Source: an uncultured Candidatus Saccharibacteria bacterium
Lineage (GTDB): Bacteria > Patescibacteriota > Doudnabacteria > UBA920
Length of the DNA stretch: 64,000 nucleotides
Direction of reading: 5' to 3'
Assembly (NCBI GenBank): GCA_964473815.1
Contig: CAYYQK010000002.1
Location: 105,128-169,127, forward strand
In this document: in pieces, positions 17,434-26,873 of the stretch
Numbering within the stretch: the stretch's first letter is position 1
Layout: every line of letters starts with the position of its first letter
Translations under genes and position numbers: made by a program
The notes under the pieces: generated by a model
The model's database searches: none
What the model was told of the DNA's origin: nothing
What the model saw: only the letters and a program-made list of their open reading frames with translations

Positions 17434-18276
17434 TTAAAACGTTCGGGTCTTCCCTACTATCATTCGCAGTTGTTTGGGTATTATAGAAATTATTTCTGGT
17501 ACTTTGGCAAAGGTTCGTCCAGCGATTGTTAATGGAAATCCACGCGGTTCTAAAAATTCAACTTGCTTACATTTAATAATTGATGTGCCAGGAATGTTTT
17601 CCATAACACCATTAGCAATGTCAGGTTTGTATTTCATGACATCGATTTTGTTCATGCGTTCCAAAACCATTAAGTCGAGCAACCCGTCGGTTGGGTTGGC
17701 AATGGTTGAATTTGCGCTAGAAGTCGCGCGCGAGTTTGTTACTGTTCCACCAAGACAAGTGATATCCATGGTGTAAGAATTATCAACGCGAATTTTTAAA
17801 TTATGTTCCACTGCAGCCATCCCGCGCAAAGAACTAAAAAATCCCATCTCTTTGGCTTTCGTGGATGCAATGCCGAACTCTACTTGCGAAATAAAATAGT
17901 TGTCGCCCAAAGTCGCAAGATCCATTTTTTCAATCCGACGCGCAGCAACAGTTTTAACTGCTGTGAGCAACGAATCAATTCCTAAAATTTTACTTAAATA
18001 TGTATCTTCAGTCATTGGGATAAAGCCCAATGCAAAATCGCGACCGCGCAAATACGCGAGCATTAAATTAAAAGTGTCATCAGTGCCGCAAGCAATTAAA
18101 GTTTTGACGCCACGGTCACTGGCAGTATCAACAAGTTCTTTAATGCCGCGAATAGAAGTCACTCTCGCCATGTCTCCAGATATCTTAAATTCTGCAAGGA
18201 GGCCTTGCAGTGTAACTTGCGCTTTCTCAAATTGCGCTTCTGGTATATTTGTTCCGTCCAGAATGTAGAAGTACAT
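17434..18276 (-). CDS. diacylglycerol-kinase catalytic domain family lipid kinase (YegS/BmrU-like)
   Basis: N-terminal fold pattern and CGTDDTFNLML resembling GGDGT motif of DAGK_cat. Confidence 0.5.
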   Translation of the reverse strand: MYFYILDGTNIPEAQFEKAQVTLQGLLAEFKISGDMARVTSIRGIKELVDTASDRGVKTLIACGTDDTFNLMLAYLRGRDFALGFIPMTEDTYLSKILGIDSLLTAVKTVAARRIEKMDLATLGDNYFISQVEFGIASTKAKEMGFFSSLRGMAAVEHNLKIRVDNSYTMDITCLGGTVTNSRATSSANSTIANPTDGLLDLMVLERMNKIDVMKYKPDIANGVMENIPGTSIIKCKQVEFLEPRGFPLTIAGRTFAKVPEIISIIPKQLRMIVGKTRTF

Positions 18277-18383
18277 ATAAAATGATAAGACGGCGGGTCC
18301 TGCCGCCTGGTATCTTTTTTCTTCGCGGCACAGCCGACTCAGAAAAAAGTTACTCTGGCGTCACCCGCCTTACCTTTTTTATT

Positions 18384-18806
18384 TTATTCGTCTTCTGGTT
18401 CAGGGTCGGAACTATTTCCCTTGCCGCTAGCAGTAGAACTCTTAAAGCCACCGTTTTGCTTATCAACAACAGCGCCTTTCATGCTGCATTTGCCTGTAAA
18501 TTGAGCGCCGTCTTCCACGCGCAACACCGCACAAGAGATGTCCCCCGCAATACGCGCGGTGCCTTGTAAAATCAAATTGCCGGAAACCTTAATATTTCCC
18601 TGCACTTGTCCGGCCACAATGGCATTGCCTGCTTGCACATCTGCAACTAACATTGCCGCTTCGCCAATGTGTACGCTTTGAGTGGTATTTACTTTACCCA
18701 TTACCCCGCCTTCGATGCGGATGTTGCCTTCAGAGTTTAAATCACCCTGAATTTTTACTGATGGGCCGACAACGGTTTCCGCTGCAGCCATATTATCTTG
18801 TGCCAT
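18384..18806 (-). CDS. bactofilin (DUF583) cytoskeletal protein
   Basis: beta-helical repeat pattern G.I.G.V.G with disordered termini. Confidence 0.75.
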   Translation of the reverse strand: MAQDNMAAAETVVGPSVKIQGDLNSEGNIRIEGGVMGKVNTTQSVHIGEAAMLVADVQAGNAIVAGQVQGNIKVSGNLILQGTARIAGDISCAVLRVEDGAQFTGKCSMKGAVVDKQNGGFKSSTASGKGNSSDPEPEDE

Positions 18807-18863
18807 GTATATAAAATTTTTCCGTACGCGCAGTACTTAATAATGAACTTTTCTTTAACGGTT

Positions 18864-19424
18864 TTATTTTGCTTGATTCTGTTTGTTTTTGGTCAAAGCT
18901 TGGATGAGCGCTTCTTGTTCTTCGCTGCTCAACACATGTTCGCTTGTTCCGCTATCGATTGCTTTGGCATAAATTCTGTTACTTGCCCGACCGTGCAAAC
19001 TGGTAATAACAATTCCTGACTGATGCGCGTCAAGCAACGCTGCACTAAAACTTAAGTTGCCACCATCATCGGCCTTGCTGTCATAACGTACCACTGCAAC
19101 ATTTTGCGTAGCAGTGTTGAGTTGTTTAGCAATCGCTTCGAGTGTAGCAATTGTGTTTGCCGCATGATCATCAAAATGATCCAACTTGCCAATAATGTGT
19201 TCTACTACTTCTTCCAAGTTCTCGGGTTGATTTTCATCTTTGAAGAACTTGCGAAGACTTCGCATTTTGCGAGAAGCAATTACTGCGTAAACGCCAAGAA
19301 CCACAGCGATTAACGAGGCAGCTAAGGCGATGTAAGGTAAAATAGTAGCACTCATAGTAGAGCTATTGTAGCATTGAAAATGCGTCGCTTTCAAGCACTG
19401 AAAAACAGCTTGATTTTGCTCCAC
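18864..19424 (-). CDS. membrane-anchored hypothetical protein (N-terminal TM, coiled-coil-like)
   Basis: 186-aa ORF with single N-terminal TM helix. Confidence 0.4.
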   Translation of the reverse strand: MEQNQAVFQCLKATHFQCYNSSTMSATILPYIALAASLIAVVLGVYAVIASRKMRSLRKFFKDENQPENLEEVVEHIIGKLDHFDDHAANTIATLEAIAKQLNTATQNVAVVRYDSKADDGGNLSFSAALLDAHQSGIVITSLHGRASNRIYAKAIDSGTSEHVLSSEEQEALIQALTKNKQNQAK

Positions 19425-19438
19425 TGTGTTGATATACT

Positions 19439-19753
19439 GTGCATATGTCTAAACGTAATCGATACAAATTTCGCAACAAAGAAGCAATGCGAAATTCAAA
19501 TGAAAGTTCGCAACAATCAACAAGTTCTTCTACTGGTTCAGCAAGTACAACCAGCTCAGCTCCTTCTGCAATCGGCAGTAGTCGTAGCAATGGCGCTTTT
19601 GCTCAGCACGCTGCAGAGTACCGCACTATTCGCAATGACATGATCCGTTTAGTAATCTTAAACGGCATTATGTTGGCCGCTGTAGTTGTTCTATATTATG
19701 CTAATCGTTCTTCAGGAATAGTAGAAAAACTTTACACTCAAATTTTCCACTAA
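19439..19753 (+). CDS. hypothetical Ser/Thr-rich protein with C-terminal TM
   Basis: 104-aa ORF followed by terminator at 19779-19806. Confidence 0.35.
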   Translation: MHMSKRNRYKFRNKEAMRNSNESSQQSTSSSTGSASTTSSAPSAIGSSRSNGAFAQHAAEYRTIRNDMIRLVILNGIMLAAVVVLYYANRSSGIVEKLYTQIFH

Positions 19754-19778
19754 TCGTGGTTAATAAATATAATTGATA

Positions 19779-19806
19779 AAACCGCATAATGCGGTTTTTA
19801 TTTTCT
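19779..19806 (+). terminator. rho-independent terminator (aaaccgcat-aa-tgcggttt + T-run)
   Basis: perfect 9-bp stem then TTTATTTT. Confidence 0.7.
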
Positions 19807-19823
19807 TTCTATATAATAGCTGT

Positions 19824-20294
19824 ATGTTAAAGATCAAGATAATTTGTTTGGGAAAATTTAAAGAAAAGGCTTATGTGGAACTTGAGAAAGAATATCTCAA
19901 GCGGCTCAGGCCTTTTGCCAAAGTCACTATGGTTGAGCTGCCAGAAGTTTCATACCGATCTTCAGATATTCCTGACAAAATCAAGGAAAAAGAAGCCGAA
20001 AGTATTGTGAAACAGCTTCCGGATGATGCTTTGGTAATTTTGCTTGAAGAAAAAGGGAATCAGTATGATTCCAAGCAATTTGCTGACTTTTTAGAAAGAA
20101 TTGGTGGTTTGGGGCAAGAATTAGTGTTTGTTCTGGGTAGTGGTTTAGGGCTGCACAGTTCTTTGAAGGCCTATAGCAATTACACAATTTCCCTTAGTCC
20201 CCTAACTTTTCCGCATAATATGGCCAGAGTTTTGTTGGAAGAACAAATTTACCGGGCTTGTACGATTATTTCTCGCAAAGAATATCATAAATAG
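19824..20294 (+). CDS. rlmH: 23S rRNA (pseudouridine1915-N3)-methyltransferase RlmH (SPOUT)
   Basis: MLKIKIICLGKFKEKAY...EYLKRL N-terminus and SPOUT C-terminal knot region; ORF-track start trimmed to conserved Met. Confidence 0.75.
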   Translation: MLKIKIICLGKFKEKAYVELEKEYLKRLRPFAKVTMVELPEVSYRSSDIPDKIKEKEAESIVKQLPDDALVILLEEKGNQYDSKQFADFLERIGGLGQELVFVLGSGLGLHSSLKAYSNYTISLSPLTFPHNMARVLLEEQIYRACTIISRKEYHK

Positions 20295-21649
20295 TCTGGA
20301 TCTGAGTCTGGGTTGGAATGTTTCACGTGGAAACTTAATCCGATCAAAAGCCACAAAAGCAGCTGAGTTGGCCAGATTGTATAGAAATAATGGTCGAATA
20401 GGAACATAACCGCAAAAGCTGCTGCAATGGCAAGTAAAACCATGTTCCATATGTCCTTTTCACGCTTAAATAAGCCAATTACTGGGTATATTAACAAGAT
20501 AAACACAGGGATTGCACCCAATCCCCATTCCGCCCAAGTGATCAGGTAAAAGTTGTGGATTGGCTGTATTTCCCAAGGCTGAAGAATGGTCTGCTTAAAG
20601 TCTTGGGCATATTGTTTCATGTGCAACACACTCGTTCCTGGCCCAAATCCAAAAATAGGCTTATTCTTAACCATTTCTAGCCCGAGCTGGTTGTAAAACA
20701 ACCGTTCTTTAGTGGAATTGTCAGAAATTGTGGAACGAGAAGCTAAATATGGGAATAAAGTCATCCCCCAAATAAGCAGGATTACCCCCAGCGGTAAAAA
20801 TAGCTTAAATATGTGGGAAAACATCTTTTTTACCACAATGTAAACGAGAATTACAAGCAAGCCTGCAGCAAGTCCGAGAATTGCTGCACGTGAAAGCGAA
20901 ATGAATAAACCAAAAGAGTTCAAAGCCAATAATAGCCATAAAACCGCATGTTGAATAGTTTCACGTGAAAACTTACCACGTGGTAGATTCTCACCACGTG
21001 GTTTTTGGTAAGTTATAGCAAGTAAATATAGGTTTAAGAGCACACAGACGACCAGGAAAGCCCCTAAAAGATTAGAATGGGGAAATGTGCCATAGCCGCG
21101 AATCAAGGTCGTTCCATGGGAAACAATCTTTGCTACCCCGAAAGTGCTTGCACTTAAGTGAGATTCCCCAAGTTTATACAAACCAAGAGAGTGTTGTGTG
21201 TAAAATTGGAAAATGGCAATGAGGGATTCCAAAAACCCTAAAAAGCTAAATAACCAAGCCAGCTTTTCACGTGAAACGTTTATTTGCGAAACCGAAGCAG
21301 CAAAAACAATCAAAAATAGGAATCTGAGTGAAAAATAAGCTTGAAGGGGAAGTGTTGCACGTGAAGCGACGAACAACTCGAGAATCAACCACGCGCCGGC
21401 AATTAATCCACTATATTTCCACACTTTGGGAATTTTCCACTTCCGATGAAACAGCAACATCAAAACTACCAAGGCAACTAGAACTAAATCGCTAATATAT
21501 AGAGAGAGGGAAGTGAAGTCAGAGTAAGCGCCGGTTTGAAAGTTCCACGCGGAGTCGAATACGTGCCGGATGGGAAAAGGAATCAAACAAATTAATAGAA
21601 AAAACAAAAATTGTGTTGCACGTGAAATGTTGATTGATGCTTTGTTCAT
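20285..21649 (-). CDS. O-antigen ligase/polymerase-like (Wzy_C) polytopic membrane protein
   Basis: ~12 TM helices with central large periplasmic loop typical of Wzy_C/O-antigen ligase. Confidence 0.5.
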   Translation of the reverse strand: MNKASINISRATQFLFFLLICLIPFPIRHVFDSAWNFQTGAYSDFTSLSLYISDLVLVALVVLMLLFHRKWKIPKVWKYSGLIAGAWLILELFVASRATLPLQAYFSLRFLFLIVFAASVSQINVSREKLAWLFSFLGFLESLIAIFQFYTQHSLGLYKLGESHLSASTFGVAKIVSHGTTLIRGYGTFPHSNLLGAFLVVCVLLNLYLLAITYQKPRGENLPRGKFSRETIQHAVLWLLLALNSFGLFISLSRAAILGLAAGLLVILVYIVVKKMFSHIFKLFLPLGVILLIWGMTLFPYLASRSTISDNSTKERLFYNQLGLEMVKNKPIFGFGPGTSVLHMKQYAQDFKQTILQPWEIQPIHNFYLITWAEWGLGAIPVFILLIYPVIGLFKREKDIWNMVLLAIAAAFAVMFLFDHYFYTIWPTQLLLWLLIGLSFHVKHSNPDSDPDYL

Positions 21650-21681
21650 GGTATAATTGTAGCATCACAATTAAATTTAAA

Positions 21682-21756
21682 CTCCCTGTAGCTCAATGGA
21701 TAGAGCAGCTCCGTCCTAAGGAGAAGATGTAGGTCCGATTCCTACTGGGGAGACCA
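21682..21756 (+). tRNA. tRNA-Arg (CCT)
   Basis: acceptor CTCCCTG (two G-U pairs), D-arm GCTCAATGGATAGAGC, anticodon loop GTCCTAA, T-loop TCCGATT, CCA. Confidence 0.75.
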
Positions 21757-21762
21757 AAAAAC

Positions 21763-22056
21763 ATGCTGGATAATTTAAAAGACAAAAAGATAGAAGAGTT
21801 AAATGCAAACTTAGGAAAACTAACTCGACAAATGGGTAGTTACTGGTTGGCGTTAGGGAAGGGGTTGTTATATGGATTTGGGACTGTGCTAGGCGCGGGA
21901 GTGGCAATTATTTTGATCGGTTGGTTCTTGAATATTATTGGAGTAATCCCAGCTTTAAAAACTTCTGCGGATCAATGGCGCTCAGCTTTCCAGCAAACAC
22001 AAGATAAGGGTTTGTTGCCTACTAACGATAGTTCGCAAACAACAACACCTCAATAA
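21763..22056 (+). CDS. small membrane protein, hypothetical
   Basis: 97-aa ORF with one long TM helix (GFGTVLGAGVAIILIGWFLNIIGVI). Confidence 0.4.
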   Translation: MLDNLKDKKIEELNANLGKLTRQMGSYWLALGKGLLYGFGTVLGAGVAIILIGWFLNIIGVIPALKTSADQWRSAFQQTQDKGLLPTNDSSQTTTPQ

Positions 22057-22067
22057 AAAGTTTTTCC

Positions 22068-22143
22068 GGGCCCTTAGCTCATCTGGTAGAGCGCTTCCAT
22101 GGCATGGAAGAGGTGAGGGGTTCGATTCCCCTAGGGTCCACCA
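22068..22143 (+). tRNA. tRNA-Ala (GGC)
   Basis: G3:U70 pair in acceptor GGGCCCT/AGGGTCC, anticodon loop ATGGCAT, T-loop GGTTCGATTCC, CCA. Confidence 0.85.
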
Positions 22144-22158
22144 GAAAATATTTCTAAG

Positions 22159-22180
22159 CACGCCGCGAGGCGTGTTTTAT
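22159..22180 (+). terminator. rho-independent terminator (cacgcc-gcga-ggcgtg + TTTTAT)
   Basis: GC-rich 6-bp stem, tetraloop, T-run after tRNA-Ala. Confidence 0.65.
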
Positions 22181-22204
22181 GTTCTATTTTGATATAATAC
22201 TGAT

Positions 22205-22657
22205 ATGGAATTAGTTACAGAAACACGGCTAGATTTTGACCAAACCGTAAGTGATGAAGACCGGTTTGTGATCCGCCGCATCTTGGATAAATTTGCTGAT
22301 GCTGCAAATCGCGGTGATGTAGAAACTTTGAATGCAATGATTGCAGATTCAACAGTAATAGAAGGTTTTTCGGATTTGCCATATATGAAACAAGAGTTTG
22401 TGTCGATTGTATCGCGGTGGCAAACTAGAGGACGAAAGCACATTATGCGGTTTCCAAAATTGAAATTAAGTTATAGTCACTATTTGTATCATCTGGTTGG
22501 AACTTATGAAGAATTTATTGATAACATTTTGGCCACCGAAGGCACGATTGAATTAACTATGGTGAAGCACGACGAGGATGCAGCAGTAGAGGGAAGTGAA
22601 CAGTTTCAAATAGTAAAAATTGTGTTTTACCCGCGCATGCGCTTATCCGAAGAATAG
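22205..22657 (+). CDS. hypothetical protein, possibly NTF2/SnoaL-like fold
   Basis: 150-aa ORF; weak resemblance only. Confidence 0.35.
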   Translation: MELVTETRLDFDQTVSDEDRFVIRRILDKFADAANRGDVETLNAMIADSTVIEGFSDLPYMKQEFVSIVSRWQTRGRKHIMRFPKLKLSYSHYLYHLVGTYEEFIDNILATEGTIELTMVKHDEDAAVEGSEQFQIVKIVFYPRMRLSEE

Positions 22658-22683
22658 TTTATAATAGCGTAAACTAACGATTT

Positions 22684-22771
<88 letters not shown>

Positions 22772-22981
22772 GAAAGTTAAAATGTAAAGTTATGCCAATT
22801 GACGAAGGCTTAAATAAAATTTTGAAAGAGATGTGGCGCTTGGATAACAAGCTCATGAAGAAAGAAGATCTCGAATTGAGTGAGAAAAGTTTTTACAATG
22901 AGAATTTAGAAATTATTCAGGGATACTATTGGGAAAATAATATTCACTGGAAAGAGAAAACTAAATTAAGTTAAAACAAAC

Positions 22982-23362
22982 ATGAAAACAAATTGGTCAA
23001 AAATTCACACATTGTTGCTAACCTCATTTGTACTTGCGGGCGCGTTGTTATTTTTTGGAGGACTCAAAGACAAAGAGTCGAGCGATGTAATTAATTTAAT
23101 TTTAACTATGTCAGTGGCCATGGGTGGATTTGGTTTGGTTGCGTTTCAAATTGCGCATGCATCAAATGAATTGCGCAACGACTTTATTGAGTCAACAATT
23201 TTGATGGTGCTGTCGACCGTGGCCGGATTCTTCTATGTAATTTACCCGGAAGTTAGTTTGTTAAATTTTAACTTTGGCGAAGTTTCAATTTTTATTTTTT
23301 TCTGGGCGCTAATTTTGTTTTTGATGATCTTAATAGACAAACGATTTAACTTTTTAAAATAG
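22982..23362 (+). CDS. hypothetical membrane protein
   Basis: 126-aa ORF with 3-4 TM helices. Confidence 0.4.
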   Translation: MKTNWSKIHTLLLTSFVLAGALLFFGGLKDKESSDVINLILTMSVAMGGFGLVAFQIAHASNELRNDFIESTILMVLSTVAGFFYVIYPEVSLLNFNFGEVSIFIFFWALILFLMILIDKRFNFLK

Positions 23363-23368
23363 TAAAAT

Positions 23369-23935
23369 ATGAAGCGAGTTTTTTTAGTACACAGATGGTC
23401 AGGACAACCGTTAGGGGATTGGCGGCAGTGGTTGAAAACTGAATTGGAAAATATGGGATACGAAGTTTTTGCTCCAGAGATGCCAGATCGCGAACACCCA
23501 ACAATTGAAAATTGGGTTTCATTTTTAAATGAACAAGTTGGCGAAGTTGATGAAGATACTTATTTTGTTGGTCACAGCATTGGGGTGCAAACTATCATGC
23601 GATACTTGGCGCAAACTAAAAAGAAATGTGGTGGCGCATTGTTCGTAGCTGGTTGGTTTAATTTAGAAAACTTGGAGTACGCTGATCTTGAAGTCGTTGC
23701 CCAGCCATGGATCGATACCCCAATCGATATCGATCACCTTCAATTGTCTATGCCAAAATCCACTGTGTTTATTTCCGATAACGATTCGTACGGTTGTATT
23801 GATGAAAACAATCAGAAGTTTGGACAGCTTGGTTCGAAGATAGTATTAGTCCATAATGCCGGCCACTTTACCGATGTTGACGGTTTCACTGAATTTCCGC
23901 TATTATTGGAAGAATTTAATATCATCGCAGAATAA
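23369..23935 (+). CDS. alpha/beta-hydrolase, RBBP9/YdeN-like serine hydrolase
   Basis: VFLVHRWSG start, nucleophile elbow GHSIG, C-terminal His region (HNAGHF). Confidence 0.65.
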   Translation: MKRVFLVHRWSGQPLGDWRQWLKTELENMGYEVFAPEMPDREHPTIENWVSFLNEQVGEVDEDTYFVGHSIGVQTIMRYLAQTKKKCGGALFVAGWFNLENLEYADLEVVAQPWIDTPIDIDHLQLSMPKSTVFISDNDSYGCIDENNQKFGQLGSKIVLVHNAGHFTDVDGFTEFPLLLEEFNIIAE

Positions 23936-23942
23936 AAAAAAC

Positions 23943-23972
23943 GAGCCGCTCATGATTGAGCGGCTTTTCTAG
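23943..23972. terminator. bidirectional terminator (gagccgctca-tgat-tgagcggc flanked by A-run/T-run)
   Basis: 9-bp stem between convergent genes with AAAAAAA upstream and TTTT downstream. Confidence 0.7.
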
Positions 23973-24543
23973 TTTCGTATTCGTCAATCGGATAGATTTC
24001 CGTTGGTTTGATTAGCTTCTTTTGGCGTGGGCCATAATAGACTTTGGCGTAAATCTTTTCTCCTTCTAGCAAAGCTTTGGGAAGCCACGTTTTATCGCCG
24101 ACCATCATCCGTTTCCACGGCAGTCTGTTTATTCGGATCCATCGGGCGTTGATCATGGTGTTGGTGTCATGAATGTTGCCGGTAAATTCTGTTAGCGTGT
24201 AGAAGTGGATTGTAGTGATAAACTTAAATCCGTCTTCAGTGATGTTGTGGAAATCGACAATGGCAATTTTCTCTAGAGAGTCGATGTTCCCATCCAGTCC
24301 CCAATTGTCGCTTATTTCGCCACCGGTTTCTTCTTTGGTTTCACGAATCGCACAGTGTTCTAAAGTTGCGTCTTTATCTTCTTCGAATCCGCCGCCCCAG
24401 CCCATCCAGCAATTCTTGCCGATTTTCTTGGTTTTAAAACCTTTCAGTATTTTACCGTCGCGCATGGGATACACTACGGTTCCAAGATAAAGAACTTTTT
24501 CTTTTTCCATAGCATCTCCTTTAGCATGAGTTTGTTTATCCAT
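23950..24543 (-). CDS. Nudix hydrolase
   Basis: Nudix box G...EHCAIRETKEETGGEI. Confidence 0.6.
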   Translation of the reverse strand: MDKQTHAKGDAMEKEKVLYLGTVVYPMRDGKILKGFKTKKIGKNCWMGWGGGFEEDKDATLEHCAIRETKEETGGEISDNWGLDGNIDSLEKIAIVDFHNITEDGFKFITTIHFYTLTEFTGNIHDTNTMINARWIRINRLPWKRMMVGDKTWLPKALLEGEKIYAKVYYGPRQKKLIKPTEIYPIDEYETRKAAQS

Positions 24544-24700
24544 ACAGTAATACTTTATAAAAACTTTATCAATACTTTAGAAATATTTTAGAAAATCTTT
24601 ATATATATGCCACCCTTTTGTTGCTTTGTCCAATATGTGACATAAATATAAAGTTTTTCTGAAGATTTTAGAAAAGTTTTGGTTTTTCTTTATCAAAACT

Positions 24701-25708
24701 TTATATGGACTTTATCATGCTTTGGTAAAGTGAAAGTTGGCCCATGACACGCGCCTTGTTATGGGCCTTGCGGCTATCGTATTTGGTTTCATCCCAACCA
24801 AAATATGAGTCTTCAACATAGTCATTTAAGAATCTGCAGGCTAGGCCAACCATAAGTAGTTGAGAAGCCTGTGGTATTAGAGATTTCTCTCTTTCCGAGA
24901 GAAGGCTTTTAGAAGTGAAATACCCGTGCAACAAAGCATTGTATACTTCTCTATTAAAAGAGTTGTTTGGATCATCTTCCACTTGCCCGCACCAAGAACG
25001 AACCGCATCAGCTATATCTATAATTGGGGGTAATATCTGGATCGTATCGAAGTCGATCATGCAGATAGCTTTGCCATTCGCATCAAAGAGAAAATTGTTA
25101 ATTTTTGGGTCGGCATGAATAATTTGAGTAGGTAGATCCTTTGGCAAAATTAACTTTGGGAGTAGTTCGTGAATCAACTTGGCTGCTTCACGAATTTGAG
25201 AGTCGGGATTTGAAGTTAAAACTGGCATCAGTCGCTCGAGCTTTTCAATTACCGTCTCGAATTTATGTAAGATGCATCCAATTTCTAACTGGTTTGGGTA
25301 CTCTTTTAAAATTTTGTGCAAACTTCCAAGTGTTTCACCGCCTTGCGTTGCTATTTCTGTTCCAGTGCTTTGGTCATAAGAAGTTCCTTCTACTCCTCGA
25401 AGTAATCTCCATCGCCAATCGCTTTGCTCATCGTCCTCAATCCATAGTTCGTCCTTTTGTGTTTTGATTATGGTTTGAGTTGTGTGTCCGTGTTCGTACA
25501 AAAATTGTGTCACGTGAAAATAATTATTCATTGCCCCATCCATCGAAACAGCCGGATGAACCAACTGCAATACAAATAACTCCTCGTTATTTGGACGAAT
25601 CAAAAAAGTTTTATTAAGCAAGCCACTACTAGCCCGCTTTATAATAGAGGGGTCAATATTTTCTAAGCTGGGCAATGCCCAATTGTGCAACGCGATTTCT
25701 GGTTTCAT
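24701..25708 (-). CDS. phosphotransferase (APH/choline-kinase-like kinase fold)
   Basis: catalytic loop IHADPKINNFL and metal-binding IDFDT motifs of the aminoglycoside phosphotransferase family. Confidence 0.55.
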   Translation of the reverse strand: MKPEIALHNWALPSLENIDPSIIKRASSGLLNKTFLIRPNNEELFVLQLVHPAVSMDGAMNNYFHVTQFLYEHGHTTQTIIKTQKDELWIEDDEQSDWRWRLLRGVEGTSYDQSTGTEIATQGGETLGSLHKILKEYPNQLEIGCILHKFETVIEKLERLMPVLTSNPDSQIREAAKLIHELLPKLILPKDLPTQIIHADPKINNFLFDANGKAICMIDFDTIQILPPIIDIADAVRSWCGQVEDDPNNSFNREVYNALLHGYFTSKSLLSEREKSLIPQASQLLMVGLACRFLNDYVEDSYFGWDETKYDSRKAHNKARVMGQLSLYQSMIKSI

Positions 25709-25745
25709 ATTAGTTTCGTATGTGGATTTATAGTATCATAAAACC

Positions 25746-26873
25746 ATGAAGAAAATTTTGATTTTATACACATCAGTTGGTCTAGGCCACAAATATATCG
25801 CTCTCAATATTGGCTATCATTTACAGAAGGCTGGGTATGAAGTAAAATACGCAGACATCCTCCAAGTGCAAAGTGGGGTGATGGTCGACGTAGGCGAATG
25901 GATGCACAGTTTGATCAATCGCCGCTTTCCATTTATTTGGCGTTGGTTGTATTTAAGTAAATTGTTTTCCAAAGTTACTATGCCGCTTCGGGTTCCTCTC
26001 GCAGGTCGAAATTGCGAACATGTGAAACAGATGATCGCCGAGTTTCATCCAGACATGGTCATTGCCACGCAGACTAGTGCGTCTGCTCCTATGGCTTATC
26101 TTAAAAGAACAAATTGGTTTAAGGGTTTGTTTGTCATTGCTTTTAGTGATTTTCATTTTCATCCTTATTGGTGGTACGACGAAGCCGATTACTATCTTGT
26201 TAATATAGAGGAGCAAAAAGAAGAGCTGTTAAGACTAGGAGTGCCGGATAGCAAGATTGCAGTTTGCGGAATTGCACTTAAGCCGCAAGAGCAAGTGGCC
26301 GAAGAAGCAGTGAAACAAAAACTTGGTTTAACTGGCAAACGGGTTGTGCTAATGGCCAGTGGTTCCCTCGGTATTGGTTTTCCAGAAAGCTTACTGATGG
26401 ACTTTGCAAAAGTATTGAAAGAAAAAGAACCTAACGCACAACTAGTGGTGGTCACAGGGAAGAACGAAGCGATGAAGAAACATCTTGAAGCAGAAATCAA
26501 ATCAAAAAAAATTCCGAACATTACTGTCTTAGGATTTTACGAACCGTTTGGTGAACTCTATGCAATCACGGATGTGTTCCTGACAAAACCGGGGGGACTG
26601 ACCACTGCCGAAGCGATTCGCGACAATGTCAAAATGATCACAACTCACTTTTTACCTGGGCAGGAAGAACTGAATTACAAGTACCTGACCGACCGTCGCT
26701 TGATGTTCCCAATCCCGAACCCAAAGACGGCTGAGAATTTAGTCAAAATCGCGCGGGTAGTAATGGATGGAAAACCAGAAGTAGAAAACCCAAATTCTTT
26801 AGCAATTACACAAAAAAATAACGAAGGAACGGTGCTGGTAAAAAGTATTCAAAATCTGTTTCATAATGTTTGA
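25746..26873 (+). CDS. glycosyltransferase, MGDG-synthase/UgtP-like (GT28 family)
   Basis: N-terminal ILILYTSVGLGHKYIAL (MGDG_synth motif) and C-terminal GT-B domain. Confidence 0.6.
   Translation: MKKILILYTSVGLGHKYIALNIGYHLQKAGYEVKYADILQVQSGVMVDVGEWMHSLINRRFPFIWRWLYLSKLFSKVTMPLRVPLAGRNCEHVKQMIAEFHPDMVIATQTSASAPMAYLKRTNWFKGLFVIAFSDFHFHPYWWYDEADYYLVNIEEQKEELLRLGVPDSKIAVCGIALKPQEQVAEEAVKQKLGLTGKRVVLMASGSLGIGFPESLLMDFAKVLKEKEPNAQLVVVTGKNEAMKKHLEAEIKSKKIPNITVLGFYEPFGELYAITDVFLTKPGGLTTAEAIRDNVKMITTHFLPGQEELNYKYLTDRRLMFPIPNPKTAENLVKIARVVMDGKPEVENPNSLAITQKNNEGTVLVKSIQNLFHNV

Noticed and set aside
21716-21907. 63-aa minus-strand ORF overlapping tRNA-Arg
   Set aside because: It is antisense to a tRNA and to the following small membrane-protein gene. 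There is no SD or motif.
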